The notes: a model not told the origin generated them from the letters alone. A stretch of DNA of 62,753 nucleotides, filler included, from Hausera hauseri (GCA_046269625.1; 11 parts of 11 records of this genome joined end to end with filler, not necessarily neighbours in it), one strand, 5' to 3'. Positions 25,175-40,600 are shown, numbered from the whole stretch's first letter. Program-made: numbers and translations.

Positions 25175-25619
25175 TAATTTACATGCAATCAGCATTATCC
25201 CAACATCTTGTTATGTAATAACATTTAAAATTTTTATGGTACTACTTCATGTATTTGGATAAATAACATAATATGCACTTTTGTCACACGGTTATTATAA
25301 ACAGTCTCATATTATACATGGCCATTTTTATTATGAGGTTGATTGTAAGTTGTTTCCCTTTTTGACGTAACTGAAGCTATAATCCAAGTATTTACCAATG
25401 TATTTATATATTATTAATGGATTACTTCACTCAAAACAATTTTACTGATACTTCATTAGGCTTTTTCGTGTGGAAATGCAGAAAGATTTACGATTGATAC
25501 ATTTTTTGTCTAGGCCTATCAAAGGTTAGTTCTTATATTTTGGTATTTGGAATCGGGTATGAGTTTTATTTGTATTTATTGCAGTGGACAGTTTTACAGT
25601 AACTGGTTTACATAATAAC

Positions 25620-25690
25620 TAACTTTTTAAAACATTTTTAAAATTTGAAATGGGTCAATTTGACCCGCAACATAACAGGAGGGTCATTTA
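25620..25690. mobile_element. Possible piggyBac-type transposon terminus
   Basis: Palindrome GGGTCAATTTGACCC followed by GCAACATAACAGGAGGG. No partner end seen in the contig. Confidence 0.4.
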
Positions 25691-26619
25691 AAGGAAGACG
25701 TGAGTCAGTCATCAAATTTCATCTAACTTTTTTCTAACGTCTGGAATCACTTCACACTAGGCTTCATGTTGAACTGTAAAACTTTTCCAACGTTTAGCAC
25801 ATTTTTTTCTGACTCATTTAAAACATGTTGCTTGTTTTCAGCTAAACGCTCAGAAGAGACAACATGTATCTTATATTTCCTACTGAAAAATACAATGTAA
25901 CGTCTCTGGTTGGAAGCACAAACAGCACAAACCTATTTGGTTGAAATAAGAGAAGTCACTGCCCAGAAAGACTGACAGACTCATAAGCGAAAGACACACC
26001 ACACAGGAAGTTGCATAAACAAAGACTGTCATCGAATCATATGAATGTCACTCATTCGTGACCTGCAAGTCTTCTGGGAATTTTTTTTACCACTGAATTT
26101 CTACACATGTTCTGATGAGGTTTTTAAATCTATTTACTAATTAAAAATGTTGTTGGCAACAATCAGCTTCTTCTCTTGTTCTGACGGCTTTATTGTTCAC
26201 AGACTCAACAAGATTCGGGATCAAGTTTGTTGTGAAAACACATTTCAAAGAATCTCATTTGACCAGCATGCTTCACATAGTAAGACAAAAATAAAACCAG
26301 CTAGTTTCAAGATTTGCATAAAATAAATTTCTATTTTTGGGGGATTTATTTGTCAGAGGGAATAGAAATGGAACTTCACACAAAANNNNNNNNNNNNNNN
26401 NNNNNNNNNNNNNNNNNNNNNNNNNNNNNTTAATTAATTAANNNNNNNNNNNNNNNNNNNNNNNNNNNNNNNNNNNNNNNNNNNNTATATAAGTTATAGA
26501 ACCTAGTGTACCGAATACGGCGAATTTCTTTGTGTATTGTCAAACCTATTTTAGGATAGGGAAAGCACAATTGTATTAGTCGAGTCCATGGATATTCATG
26601 AATAACTTTAAATTTACGA

Positions 26620-27090
26620 CTTTTGCATACATTTCAGTGTGATAATCAATTGTCTCTTCATTTTTTCCCCATGTTTTCTTCTACGACTGACTTGATTGAA
26701 AGTGTGATATTTTCTTTCCTGCTGCTAAAGTCAACATGTTTTGATTTAGAGGCTACTCCCAAAGTTTTCCTCGCAGATCTGTCAATGGTCGCCTCCATCT
26801 CCTTCCAATGCCTATTTATCAAGTAAGAAATTGTTAGTTCTGTTGGCTGCCATTTTTTTATGTGCATGTTTCCTTCTGTAAACACTTTCCTTTGGCACAA
26901 GATAGGGTCATCGTCGTAGATCTCAGTTTCAATGTTACAATGCTTTTATTGGTAGCTCGTTATAAGGTATGCATTGATATATTTCTTCGCCAAGGTTTAT
27001 TCCCAATGTTAGTGTTCGTCTACCGAATCTTTTTCAGTAATATCTCCATTATAAATAATATCTTTGGAATAGCTTGCTCTTAACGTAGTA
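26620..27090 (-). mobile_element. Non-LTR retrotransposon fragment (endonuclease-RT linker region)
   Basis: INRHWKEMEATIDRSARKTLG resembles the LINE ORF2 post-endonuclease segment. Heavily decayed. Confidence 0.45.
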
Positions 27091-28459
27091 TGTGTTCAAT
27101 GCAGTTCCATTTCTTTTCTGAACCGTTGATGTGGTTGTCTTGTCCTCTTACATGATGTCTGATCATTTTATTTGGAGTAGCTGTTTGAGGTCTTAGTTTC
27201 TTCTTCTTCTTTGCGTTCACCCTCTTTAACTCAGGTGGTCCTATCTTCTCCTGCTCTAGTCCAAACTCATCCTTTCAGGTAATTTGTCCTTCAATTTGTA
27301 GGACACGCGGAGTGAAGACAAGGAAATATGCGTAGTGTCATGGTTGTCCATTCACATGATGTGAATGTTACACCCCCAAGCCACTGTGAGGCCTGACACT
27401 GCCTTCTTCATTGGGGGGAGGTCTTAGTTTGAAATCATTGTTACATACTTTTCACCGGTTCTTGTGCTTTTTTTAACCGTTCTTATCTATGTTACCGTTT
27501 CTCATCTTGTCTTTGATACATTGTTATCAAGCCTCATCTCTTGTTAACTTTGATGCCAATATGTGGTAATACGCAATTTTAATAAGCTCATGTGGGCTGT
27601 CGTATATGAGGATCTAACCTATCCCTCAACAACCAGGGGCAAGACCCAACCAAACATTCTTACAAGGACAAACCAAGACCAGCTATCAGTGGGAACAAAG
27701 TCACATGGGTATGATGATTTGAAGACCTAACCCCAGCACCCAGCCCATTGGACAAGGCAAGATCAGAAGACCCATATTATATAAGAATAATCAACAACCA
27801 ATCCCTCAACAAAATAGACAAGACATATGCAGACAAAAGACGACCCAACATTTTCTAAGAATAAGAAAACAGATGTTACGTGGGCATAACAGTATGATGA
27901 CTTTGCAAGCCTACAACAGATGACACCCACATCTACGCGTATCTAGGCTTCACCCACCCAACTTATGAGACAATAATGTGCTGACATTATTTAAAAGAAA
28001 CACCCACTTACCTATATAAATATTACACGTCATCTAACAAATTTAACAAAAAATTGTCTCGCATTACTACTCGGGTACCCACTTAACCCATCTACAGACA
28101 AGACCCCGAAGGAGCACCCTTACCTACTCTTACGTAACAATATACACAACACACAAATACGTTTACATCAATTTAACCAAAAAATATATACGAAAGTTGT
28201 CTCATCTTACCTACCCGAGTACCCGATTGGCACTATCTTGCGCCAGCCTGCGACGAGTTTCACCTATATAACCCCTATTGCGCCGTGCAAATAATATTTG
28301 TTCCCAACATACCATACTACTATCAGTGTACACAGTTTTAATTCTCAGAATCAGATAGCCAGGAAAGATTCACAACTAATACTAGATTGCAAGACCTTGG
28401 CAAAAGAAAAAACCCTACGTACCCAGGAGTTCAGCTCGACACTAAATTTACTTACAGAT

Positions 28460-29760
28460 TGTAATCAGATTGTAAACAGAATGTTGGCGCGCTGGTAGCA
28501 AAAACCTCAAAAATACTAAATCTCATAAGAGGATTGACAAGCGCCAATGGGAGAGCCAATCAGCACAAACTATGACAACTATATCTGGGATATGTACGAT
28601 GTGTCGTGTGCTACTCCCTGCCACTGCAAACCATTGCAAGTCAGACCCAGAGAAACATTTAGACCGCATCCAGAACCAAGCACTCAGATACATTTGTTGA
28701 GGCCTGCGATCTACTCCAACAAATGCGTGTGGGATTTCTGCCAATTTAGAACCCCTAGATCTGATGAGAGATACTTCAGTTATGACAACAGCAGAAAGAT
28801 TTCTGAGAAAAGAAAGACGGTTCTTTGCAAGAAGATTGTAATTAATTACTAACCTGGGAGGCGAATCAAGAAAACTTCTTTTATGCAAAGATATTAAGAG
28901 CTTACAGAAAAGCATTAACTACCAGAGACGTCAGCATTTAAGGAAACAATTAATTCAGGATGTGGAACTGTAATCATTCCATCAGGCACAGAAGAATCCA
29001 TCAAAATATTACGCTCTTGTGGTACATGGTGTACAAATTATGAAGCAGAGGTGGGCACCATTCATAACGCTCCGAAAGAAATCTTCGAGCAATTTAAATC
29101 CAATGGAACGGCACCAAATGATATTGTGACAGCAATTAAAAAAAATTGGAGAATAAATTCAATAGACACCACCCAGAAGGTACAAGAAATACGCCACACA
29201 ATTGTAAGCAGGTATGGTCTGGGTGTTTATAATCAGTGGATACCAGGCCACGCATAAATCACTTTCAATGAGAAAGCCGATAGACTGGCAAAGAAGGGAC
29301 CACAAATGCCCCAGATAAAACATCCATTAAGTTTGACAACAGCAACACAGATAATAAAAATAATTTTAGAGAAGATTGTATGATTAAGTGGGCATATGCT
29401 AAAACCAGAAGAAAGATTTCCAGACAACGTATAGTCCCCAACAATGAAGATGCTATTAACAAGATTGAACGAAAGTACCAAATACAGATCTTCAGGCCAC
29501 TCTACACTAAATACGCATAGAATCAGACCAGACCCACAGAATACAGCAAGATGCAGACATTGTACACGCCAAAATGAGACAGTGACCACCACCCCCTGTC
29601 TTGCTCCATACTTCATGAGCTAAGACAGAATCTACTACCTGACAACACAAACATGGGCAGTGTCCTGTATGGCAGCCCACAGAAGCTTATTAAAACTGCA
29701 TAGTACCACATATTGGCATCAAAGTCAACAAATGATGATGCTCGATGGCTGTAGATCAAA
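28460..29760 (+). mobile_element. 3' part of an RNase H-bearing LINE (I/Ingi-like)
   Basis: IQNQALRYIC.GLRSTP; RNase H CTNYEAEV and QWIPGHA..FNEKADRLAK; C-terminal CRHC..ETV.H zinc motif. Confidence 0.8.
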
Positions 29761-30499
29761 GACAAGACAAATTAAGTTATTTTGTTCGGGGTAATTCTTA
29801 CTGAGTACATTGCTTGGCATTTAAAAGAGTTTGATATTTTTCCAGTCGTTGAGTTTCCTTCTATCACCGTTTGTAAAGATTATCACGTAATGTCATTTTG
29901 CTCTTCTCTCACTTTTTTTTTTTCAAAGGATGTTTCAGATTAAATCATAAAGAATGTATGTGGACGTGGACACGTGTGCTTTCTGGGTCTCTGGAGCTGT
30001 ATTATTGGATTATAGTGATTTCTTTTGTTAAGTTTTTCAATGGCGTCTTGCATCTCCTCTTTAGTTAGTGATTCTTTTTAATGATAGGCCTTCTTGATTG
30101 ACATATTATTGTACATCTGAGTGCCGCAGGATCAATGAACAATGCTAGCAACAAAATGATGTATTAATCTCAGTATAGGCTCATTATTATTGTATTGTTT
30201 GTCTTTCTAACGAGGTTAGTTTTTGTCATGCCACGATTAATATTTGTTTACACAAGAATTTCGTGATGCCAATGTAATTGACCTAAGAGAATGTAAGTTT
30301 AATGTAACTCTAATGCACTTTACGGTATGTCCTCTTATGGTTCACCATTCAAAAAAGGTTGGAATATTCATTCCATTAATCTAATTGATCAGCAAGTCTT
30401 CTATTTGTCCGTCTGTATAGCTGGTCAGTGTAATTGTTGGAATGACTATCTGCTGGGTAGCTTTCCGTTATTTCGTAACTACTTGACCTTCCTTGTATG

Positions 30500-31300
30500 C
30501 CAGCAATAGTGGTAGAATGACACAATCTAAATAACCTAAGATATGCTGATGGTACTGTATTAATAACTACACATGAAAAAGATCTACCAAACACAAGTCG
30601 ACAAAGTAGTAGAAGAGAGCAACAGTAAAGGTCTCAGTCTTAATCCAAAGAAAACAGAAATTATGATCGTTTAAAAAAAGAAACAACAAATAAATTGTAC
30701 AATAAATGTAGAAGGATCAAACCTTAAGCAAGTGAATAAGTTGAAATATTTGGGAACAATAATAACAGCAGACGAAAGATGCATTACTGAGGTGAAAAGC
30801 AAGATAGCCCAAGCTAAAGCAACATTTCACAAAATGAAAAATATCCTTTGTAATAAGTCGTTAACAATACAAATAAGGAAGAGAGTTCTGCAGAGTTATA
30901 TAAAGCCTATACTTTGTTATGGAAGTGAGTCATGGACAATGAATAAACATAAAAACAAAAGCATCTAGAGGCCACAGAGATGTGGTTCATGAGCAACATG
31001 TTGAAAATATCATAGACAAAGAAAAAAATCAAATGAATATTTATTAAAAGAAATTAATTAGAAACGAAGAATAATTTCAGATATAACTAACCACAGTCAG
31101 CGTTTTTCGGACATGTACTGAGAAAAGGGGGGATTGGAGAATTTAATAATAATAGGCAAAATAGCTGGGAAGAGATCTAGAGAAAAACGGAAGGAGACAA
31201 TTATTGATGGTTTGACAACATGAATGGTCAAGAAACATATAGAGAGATATGGAGATACATGATCGCCAACGCCGCTATGCAGGGCACATGATGATGATGA
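30500..31300 (+). mobile_element. 5'-truncated RTE-clade LINE
   Basis: NNLRYADGTVL, GLSLNPKKTE, KYLGTII, CYGSESWT. Ends in a (TGA)n tail at ~31288-31300. Confidence 0.88.
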
Positions 31301-32023
31301 AATACAACTAAAGAATCTTGAGCCTAACCTAGCAAGAAACGGTAAAAGAAAGGAAAACAGCCAGAAATTGGCACCAAAAGAATCCCGGTACAGAAAATAG
31401 GACACCTTATTATAAACTAACAATGCAAGTCAGATTAATAACCACAGTGGAGAAAGGGAAAGTTTGGACAGAAACTGTGCAGCTTTCTGGACATGCGAGG
31501 AGTTAGCAAGAAGGTCTGTAGGCTGTCTTGAAGGGACTCACAAGAAGGAGAACCCCTACCCAATCTATGACATGAAATGGAAAAAAAAAACTAACAGAAA
31601 GTTGAAAAACAGCTGAAACTCTTAACAAATACATGGCTTAAGTGAATCACGAACCATGCAAAATAAAATCAGACAAAGTCTGAATAAAGATAAATCATCA
31701 AAGAGCAAAACTGAGATGAAGCACAGATAAATTGTTCCAAACAGAGCAGAGTTACCCTAAGTAAATTCAAAAACTCAATAGAAGGAAGTACAAAGGGGGA
31801 AAACACCTGGGCCTGACAAAATAGCAAATAAACTGATCCAGCATTTGGATGATATCATCCCTGGCCTATTTCTTAAATTCAGAAACCACAATTACAAGAA
31901 ATATGGAGAACATCTATCATTATACCAGCCTTGAGGAAAGTCAAGCCGAATGGAGAATTGTATAACCCAGTCTCTCTAACATCCGTCCTAAGTAAGCCTG
32001 TAGAAATAATTATAACAGATCGG
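31301..32023 (+). mobile_element. LINE RT N-terminal fragment
   Basis: KTPGPDKIANKLIQHL, SIIIPALRK, YNPVSLTSVLSK. Confidence 0.7.
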
Positions 32024-32123
32024 NNNNNNNNNNNNNNNNNNNNNNNNNNNNNNNNNNNNNNNNNNNNTTAATTAATTAANNNNNNNNNNNNNNNNNNNNN
32101 NNNNNNNNNNNNNNNNNNNNNNN

Positions 32124-35100
32124 CCAGTGGATTATACGTGTCCAACGTTGTGTATATTAATTCGGATTGTGAGATGAATGACAAGAAAAGTGTTAGAAAT
32201 AGACTTGCAGTAGGACATAGAATTACTCGAATTAATGATGATGACACAAGGCATGTGATCGGAGAAGAAGCTATAAATATGCTTAATGAACTTGATTGTC
32301 CGTTTCATAAAAATAGGATTATCTCGGTCTCAATGTGCCGTTTGTTAAAAATTTCCATCTGAGTTTCGACAAACAGGACTTTTTATTCTTGTATGCTGCG
32401 ACTTTACCTCCCAATATGCAGAGACATCAGGAAAATTGTGTCAGCCATTGGTATGCTTGGATCGTAAATCGTCATAATACTAAATTACGAGAAGGAATGA
32501 TTTCATCATAATTTTGGTGGGGACGCAATTTGTGCCCACGACCGCGGCATCACCACCCCCGTGGCAAAAGAGAAATTGTGTAAAGGTAAAAATGAATGAA
32601 AAGGATAATGAAGATGAAAACAATGAAGTAACAAAGGAACAGTGTTTAGTACCTATTCGGTTTTGGTATGTATCAGGCGTTGTGTACCATCAAAGAACTT
32701 TTTTTGCTGTAGGTACTAAATGTCACTGTATGCCTTACTCGATTGATTTATGCTGGGCTGTTGAGTGATATTTTGTGACGGAAGTTTTGAAGGAATATCT
32801 GGTTCAATGTGTGGTATTGCTCGTGATGAAACTGATGAGAATGTTAAGGAGTATAAGTCAAGCAAAAGAGGCGATGCAATAGAAGGCGATGAAACACTCG
32901 ATGTAGGTAATGGAGGTGAGGAAAATGGTGTAGATGATGAAAGGGAGGGAAGCGAGATGGAAGGTGGCTATTGAATATGACAGAGAAATGATTGCTGCAA
33001 AGGCGCAAAGTGATGGAGAAAGTTTGAGGATGGACTAGAAGGACTAAGAGTTGAGTTTGTATCAGAAGTAGAGTTGGCATCCGGATTGTCATCAATGAAG
33101 AAAGCGGGCTTCAGATTCGAAATGTGAACGTTGTAAGGTTTGTTTTGGCGTAAGATGGTAGCTGTATGAGATGAGAGATTCAGCAGTTTGTATGGGCCAA
33201 CATATTGAGGTCTAAAACCCGAAGGCCATTGATCTTCCAGCTACACAAACTTGGTGGTGTACACATCCTTCGGAATGTACGTTTTGTTATCGTTTGACGG
33301 CAGAATGAGTCTTAGCTGACATCGACGAAGTGAAATTGTGCTGCACGAATGTTTTCGTCTGTGGGGTTGTCGTCGAGATAAGAAAGTTTAAATAAAGCTC
33401 GAATTGGAGTCCCAAAGAGTGTCTCGGCTGGAGCACAACTCGTAGTGGTTGAAGGTGTGTTGCATCACCCTAGTAGAACAAATGGTAGAATTGACGTGCA
33501 ACTACAATGACTGTTAGCCAAAATTTTTAAAGAAATTTTCATTGTTCCATGGAACCTTTCAAGGCCATTCGCTTGAAGATGATATGGTGTTGTATGGAAA
33601 TGGGATATCCCCAAGCGTTTAACAAGTTATTTGAAGAGTTCCGACTCAAATTGTGGACCTTGATCCGTTATTATATAACGTGGGGAGCGAAAACGCCTGA
33701 TCCAGATGTTTATGAAGGCGTTGGCTACTGAATCAGTGTTCGTTGAACGAAGAGGAATGGCTTCAGGCCAGCGAAAAGGACGATCCATCATAGTAAGGAT
33801 ATATTGATATCCGTTGTCAGAAGGTAAAGAATTAACGAGATCAAGATGAACCGTATGAAAACTTGATGTACAAGGGAAATGGTAAGGCGGCGGTTTAAGA
33901 TGTTTGTTGATTTTGTATTTTTGACAGGCTGCGCATTCCTTGACCCAGCCCTGTACATCTTTGCGCATTGATGGCCAAACTACATGACGCTGAAGCAGGC
34001 GAAAGGTTGCTTTCGAACCCGGGTGATGGATTAAATGCGTATGAAGGGAGACTGGCTTTTGTAATGGTGGAGTTAGAATGATCTTTTTATTACCGGAATA
34101 CGACGTATCAAAAGCAATTCCATCAATGATTTCGAAGGATTTGAAAAGGCTAAGGAAGTCAGCAGATGGTTGATTGGCCTTTAATACTTCGGATGTGAAA
34201 ATCGGCTCAACTGTAATAGAGCCAACCGACCTCGATAGAAAATCTGTCACCAAATTGTCTGTGCCTGAAATGTATTGTGAAACAAAACTGAATGTAGACA
34301 AGTATGATGTGTCATTCTTGCCTTGGTGATGGCTGCTTTAACATGATATGCAGGAGAGGCTTGTGGTCAGTTTGAATAACAAATAGACGAGAGAGAAGTA
34401 AGTGTTTGAAATGTTTTACTGCCAGAACTATGGCGAGTAACTCACGGTCAAATGTAGAGTAACGGCTTTCGGGTTGTGTGAGTTTTCGGGAGTAAAATTC
34501 TAATGTTTCGTCGACGCCGTTAGAAATGTGGTGTAGCACTGCACCGTTAGCTGTGGTAGAGGCATCGGTGGTATGTATAAGATCTGCATTGGGCTTTGGA
34601 TAGGCCAGTAATTCGACGGTTTTTAGGCCTTCGCGTAAGTGATCAAATTTGGTTACTATTTCAGGAGTCCAGTGGATCAACTGCCTCTTTTTCCGGATGA
34701 TAGATGTGCGAAAGGTGATGTAAGCTTAGAACAATGCGGTACATATTTGTGGATGAAGTGGAGCGTGCCCAAGAAACTCCTCATATCCGTAGTAGTCGTT
34801 GGTAGCGTTGTTTTTTAATTGTTGTAGTCGATTCAGTTGTGGAGAGTGGCCGTGCGGAGTGATGAAGTGGCCTAGGAAATTAACACGTTTTTGAAAGAAA
34901 TGACACTTGGAGAAATTGACTTGCAAATTGTTGTGATGAAGTCTGTGAAAGATAATACGGAGGTGTTCTTGATGTTGTTCAACAGAGGTGGAGGCAACTA
35001 ATATGTCATCAAAGTATGGATGGGCAAAGTCAAGGCCTCATAGAACGGTATCAATGTGTCGTTGAAAAGTTTGGGAAGCACTCTAAGCCAAATGGCATAA

Positions 35101-36748
35101 TGATATATTCATAGAGGCCAAATGGAGTAATAACAGAAGTTTTTGGAATGTCATCAGGTGCAACCGGAATTTGATGATAAGCTTTATGCAAATCAATTGT
35201 GGAGTACGTATTATTATTGGTAAGACTATGCAGGTTGTCCTTTATGAAGTAAAGGGTAAGCATCTAGGGCTGTCAGGTTGTTTAACTGCCGATAGTCACC
35301 ACATGGTCTGTAAGTGCCATCTTTCTTTGTTACTAAATGCAATGGTGAAGCCCATGGTGATTTTGATCTTCGAATGATGCCAGCCTTTTCGAATTCATTG
35401 AAGTCTGATTCAACGGCTTTTCGCCTACGAGGTGACAGTGGTCTGACCTTTTGTCTGATAGGTCTTTGGTATTCGGTGACTATGTGGTGATAAGTTGTAG
35501 AAGGCGGCTTGAAGTTGACGTCCTTTTTGAGGGTGCGGAAGCAGGAAGTTGTGATATAGGATTTGAGATTGGAATCCAGTGATGAAAATGATTGAGGCAT
35601 ATCATCAGAAGCGACAGTGGATTGTATTGCCGAAGAACAACCGTAATTGCCACCATCAACACTCCGTTTAATCGGTTGTTTTAAAACCAATTTAGATACG
35701 TTTGATGTGATGGAAGAAATGGATGAAGTACTAAATGTACCGTTATTAGCCGACGAACAAGTTTTCAAATTCACACGCGAGTTGACAGCCGAAAACGACA
35801 GAGTTTCTACTGGGCTGTTTGGTAGATATTTGTTGGCATCCACGATGGGGTCTCTGTGCAGCAGACAGCGATACTTGCAGTCAACTAGCAGATCATGTGC
35901 GGCCAGAAAATCTGAGCCTATTATGGGAGATTTAATATTAGCCACGTGGAATTTCCAGACAAACTTATCTAGCAAGTTGGCGAATGTGAAAATCACTTCC
36001 ACGGTACCTGCGATGTGCAACGGTTGATCACTGGCAGTGAAAAGCGGTGGAGAAGAAACTATAGTGGATGTAGGAGTGAAGGACAAGGGAAGGAGCGAAA
36101 AGGCAGCTCCTGAATCGATGAGGAAGTCGATGTGTGAAGTATTGTTGGGGAGCAATGCAGCCTTTAACAGAAAAACTGCAGAGGTGGTGTTAAGACGGCC
36201 AGAAGATTCAGCGGTATTGCCTATACCAGAATGTGCCGTGGCATCTGGCGGCGTTGTTAGTTTTTTGAGGTTTGTTGGGAAAAAGAAGAGGAATGAAAAG
36301 AACGAGGAGGAGAAGAAGATGGAGAAAAACTGGAATTCCTTTTATAATATTTGCATCCTGGCACACATGACCTAGCCGTGGACTGATACTTTGTGATAAA
36401 TGCAGATTGGGTTGTCTACTGCATAACGTTCGTCGTAAAATCGACAGCCCAAAAGACACTTTCTTGCATCTCTGCGGAATTTGTTGTGATAAAACATTAT
36501 TCTTCCATCTCGAGATTTGGATCGAAAAGAATGCCTGGGAAGGCCACAATCGCGCGAAACACGGTTTTCACTTTGTCGAGGCACAGATAAATCACTAAGT
36601 TGGGCTGTAATCGCAGAAATTGCTTGTTGAAGTGTATCGAATTGTTTTTGCATCATTTTCAGTTGTTGTAAAAATAAAATGTTATGTGTGTCATGGCGCG
36701 TCAGCGGTTGCTGCAGCTACTGGTTGTGAGCTATTTGATTGTAAGATG
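32124..36748 (-). mobile_element. Decayed Gypsy LTR retrotransposon (gag 3' end, PR, RT, RNase H, IN, Ser/Thr/Pro tail, probable PPT ~32549-32562 and LTR start)
   Basis: FLIDSGA, RPCGDYRQLN, TDASTTANGAVL, RELLAIV, HPG..CQKYK, TDQGPQFES. Many frameshifts. Confidence 0.92.
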
Positions 36749-37632
36749 NNNNNNNNNNNNNNNNNNNNNNNNNNNNNNNNNNNNNNNNNNNNTTAATTAA
36801 TTAANNNNNNNNNNNNNNNNNNNNNNNNNNNNNNNNNNNNNNNNNNNNATTCGGTATTAAATGCTTATGAAATTTACAATCTTGCAGGATTACCTTGAGC
36901 ATAATTGGTGTGCTATCCTCTACGCTTAGCAAATTTATTAAAGCCTGTTATGAAGTGCAATGGCGAGTTAAATTGGAAAAACACGTGGATTATAAGGGCA
37001 ATCCAATACTGGAAGATACCTAATCAAGTTCAGATGATGGTGATAATGCACCTGGACATTACTCAAAAGCAAGCACTTCTAAGAAATAGAAAAGAAGAAT
37101 CAGAAAAATTTTTACAACAAAGAAACCAAAACTAAAGAACTGTCATATAGTATCAGTGCTCCGTATGAAAATAAAACACCTCCGATTTACAAATGACCGA
37201 AGTTACTTCATTTAAGTGATCCATATGCTAAAAGAGAAGAATACATACGCTACGCAGTATTCCCAAATATTCGCAAGAAGAAATACTTCAGTCTATTATT
37301 ACTCAAAGGATGGAAAGAAATCGAGTATCCCTGCCAATCTCTACACAATTAGGTGTAATGCCACCAATACTTCTTCATCGCGCAAAATGAATAGGCCAAT
37401 CGACAATAATGATATCGAACAACCACTAGAAAGGAGGACAAATTATTCGATTTTAAAGGTAGCACCTGGTAACTTACAACAAAACTCTACAGAACGTACA
37501 AACTATTACCCAGATTTAGCTGAATTCAAACCATGAACGAAAGAACCAACAAACGACACGCAATCTTTAGATAGCTTAACGGTCGTACTATCCAATGGAA
37601 CACTAAGTTATTGTGCAGCAACTTACACCTTA

Positions 37633-40600
37633 ATGGAGCCACATATAGATGATCATAATGACATCCTAACTTTCCTCGAATTAATAAGAGATAATCGACC
37701 TCATACTACAGTTCACATTGGCACATTCGATCTAAATGCAATGGTGGACACAGAAGCCAGCGTTTCTTTAATAGCAAAACATACGATACCAGACGAATAT
37801 CAGCCTAGAATAAAATTGGCCTCAAGGAATGTACTGGTACGACTTCAGTTTTTCAGCATTGTTTGAAACCATATAGGTATTGGAAATGTGAACCTAGAAT
37901 TTGTTGGAAAGAACTAAAAGTGACTTTAGGTGTGATGACAACTTTAAACCCCCGATGTATTTTAGAAATGAATGCATTGAAAGACTTAGAAGGATTTCAC
38001 ATAAATTTCTAGTCAGGATCGATTTGTCCAAATAATGAGGATATTCCAGCTAAATACGATAAAATGGACATTTAGATAGGACATATGGAGAAAATACCAC
38101 TTAATTCTATGATGGTATACATGCCAGAACATTTCCACATAACAAAGTAAGTGAATTTATACCACGGATATTTCAAAATAGATTGTTATTGCCACATTAT
38201 TGTGTTAAGATAACTGAAGGTACAATTCCCATTGAAGTTTTGAATTCCTTTCCTAAGTATACTACAATGTGTGCAAGGATGAAATTAGGTCAAGCACATA
38301 AAACTACTCGTCAATCTAAATATGATAGTAAAATCGCAGCAATCACTGAAGATAAGGGAATTAAAGCAGAATACATGTTCAATGTTGTTCTTACAAAAGC
38401 AAAGAAAAATTTATCTGTCAAATACCTTGAGAACTTTTCAGACCTTATTTTTTAGTACATTGACATTTTTGCCAAAAACGAAACAGACATTAGATGAACG
38501 GACCTATTCGAGTTTAAACTAGCATTCATGATGGATCCTCAAACCGGAAAAGAAATATACCTACTACGGCAGCCGACACCAAAATGGTATCCAACTCCAA
38601 AAGCATGCCAAAAGGAAGTTGACGAGCAAATACAAGCCATGCTAGAAAAAGGCATCATTGAACCTATTCAATCACCATAGCCATCGCCTATAGTTATGAC
38701 AAAGAAAGCCAATACAACGAAACACCTTTGTGTGTAAATTACGTCACACTGAACAAGCAACTTGCGAACCATATTTATCCAATACCGCGAATACGAGATA
38801 TTATTGACGAGTTAAAATTATGCAAATACTTCACCACCTTGGACCTGTAAGTGGATTTGGGTAGATACCAGTTGTCGAAAAGGATCGTTGGAAGACAACG
38901 TTCAAAACACATGCAGGTGTTTATCAATTTACACGTATGCTATTCGGACTGCAACTGCACCTACGTTCTTCCACGAATTTATTAGACTAGTTTTAAAAGT
39001 AGTACGCGGTCTATCATATATAGACCATATTTAAATTGCGTCAAAAACATGGTCAACACACTTAACCGAATTACGAGAAGTATTCAATTAAATCAAAATG
39101 GCTGAATTGAAACAGAATCCAAAAAAATGTGAATGGTACAAAACTAAAGTCAAATATCTTGGATTTGTTGTCTGAAATCAAGGCATATCTACCAGTCCAA
39201 ATTTAATATCCAAAATCTTGAAATATCTCCCACCAACAAGCGTATATGAGATGACAGTCTGGTTAGGATTAGGAGGATTTTATGCTACGTATATTCAGAA
39301 TTTTGCAGAAATAAATCAACCCCAGTATAAATTGCTTAGAAAGGATCAGAAATGAGAATGGACGGAAGAAAATCAAGAACCATAGTATCAGCATCCATAT
39401 TACGATATCCGGATTTTTCACTACAATTTATTCTGAAAACCGACTCCAGCATTAAAGCTACTAGTTACATTTTAGAGCAACAGTGTCCGGAAGAGACAAC
39501 TAAGCATGTAATTGCACATGGAAGACGAAGTTTAAATAAGGCCGAAAGGAAATATTCTACCACGGAATTACAATTATTAGCAATACGCGACGGTCATAAG
39601 GTCATAATATTCACGAACCATAAAGCACTACTTCCTTTGCGTTCAGACAATAGACATGCATCAAGCCGACTCTAAAGATGGACGTTAGAGCTTTTGAATT
39701 ATGACATCGAATATAGATATTGACCCGGAAAGGACAATGCAGACACATATGCAACTTCTAGATTACCTTATAAAAATATACTTGTTACCCTTCATAAACC
39801 AAAAGACAGAGAAAAAGATAAACAGTTAAATGAGAAAATTATTAATGTCATGTTACAGGAACAGAGGAAAATTCAGGCTCGAAATATCGAAGCCTTACAA
39901 AATCATAATCCATTTATTGTCCAAGTCAAACACTTAACAAATGGAAAGACGGTTGATTAAGTATCAAGTCATATTCAGAAATTTTACCGACAACATATGG
40001 AACAATTGGACATTGAAAATGGAATATTAAAACTTAAAGTTCGTAAAATTAGCTAATTATTGTACCCAATTCAGCAATCAAGGCAGTTATGCTGCAAGAG
40101 CATGACTCACATCTAGCGGCTCATCCGTCCTTAAACAAGACATTGAAACGCATTGCCACAAAATATTATTTACCTCAAATGAACAAACATATTGAGGGAT
40201 AAATATGTTCTTGTAAAATGTGCGCTACCAGAAAGGATAGGGGATTCCGTGCAAAGCTTTTTTTAAGAAGTCTTCTCCAAGCACGACAAACTATTAAGGT
40301 TTGTTCGATGGACATTTCTGGATCATTTTCCAACATCGGAATCAGGATACAAGTACATTTTATCAGTTGTTGACTATAATTTCAGATATGTTGATCTAAT
40401 ACCTTTTAAAAATATGATCAGTTATACCGTCGCCGAAGCATTCTTTTATGATGTCGTAGCCGTACTAGTCACTTCAAAACAGTTATTGACTGACCGCGTA
40501 CCATACTTTATTAGCGAATTTTTCGAAAAATTATCAAAGATATTCCAGTGTAAACATCTGCTGACAACATCCTACCATCCGCAATGTAATCATATGGTTT

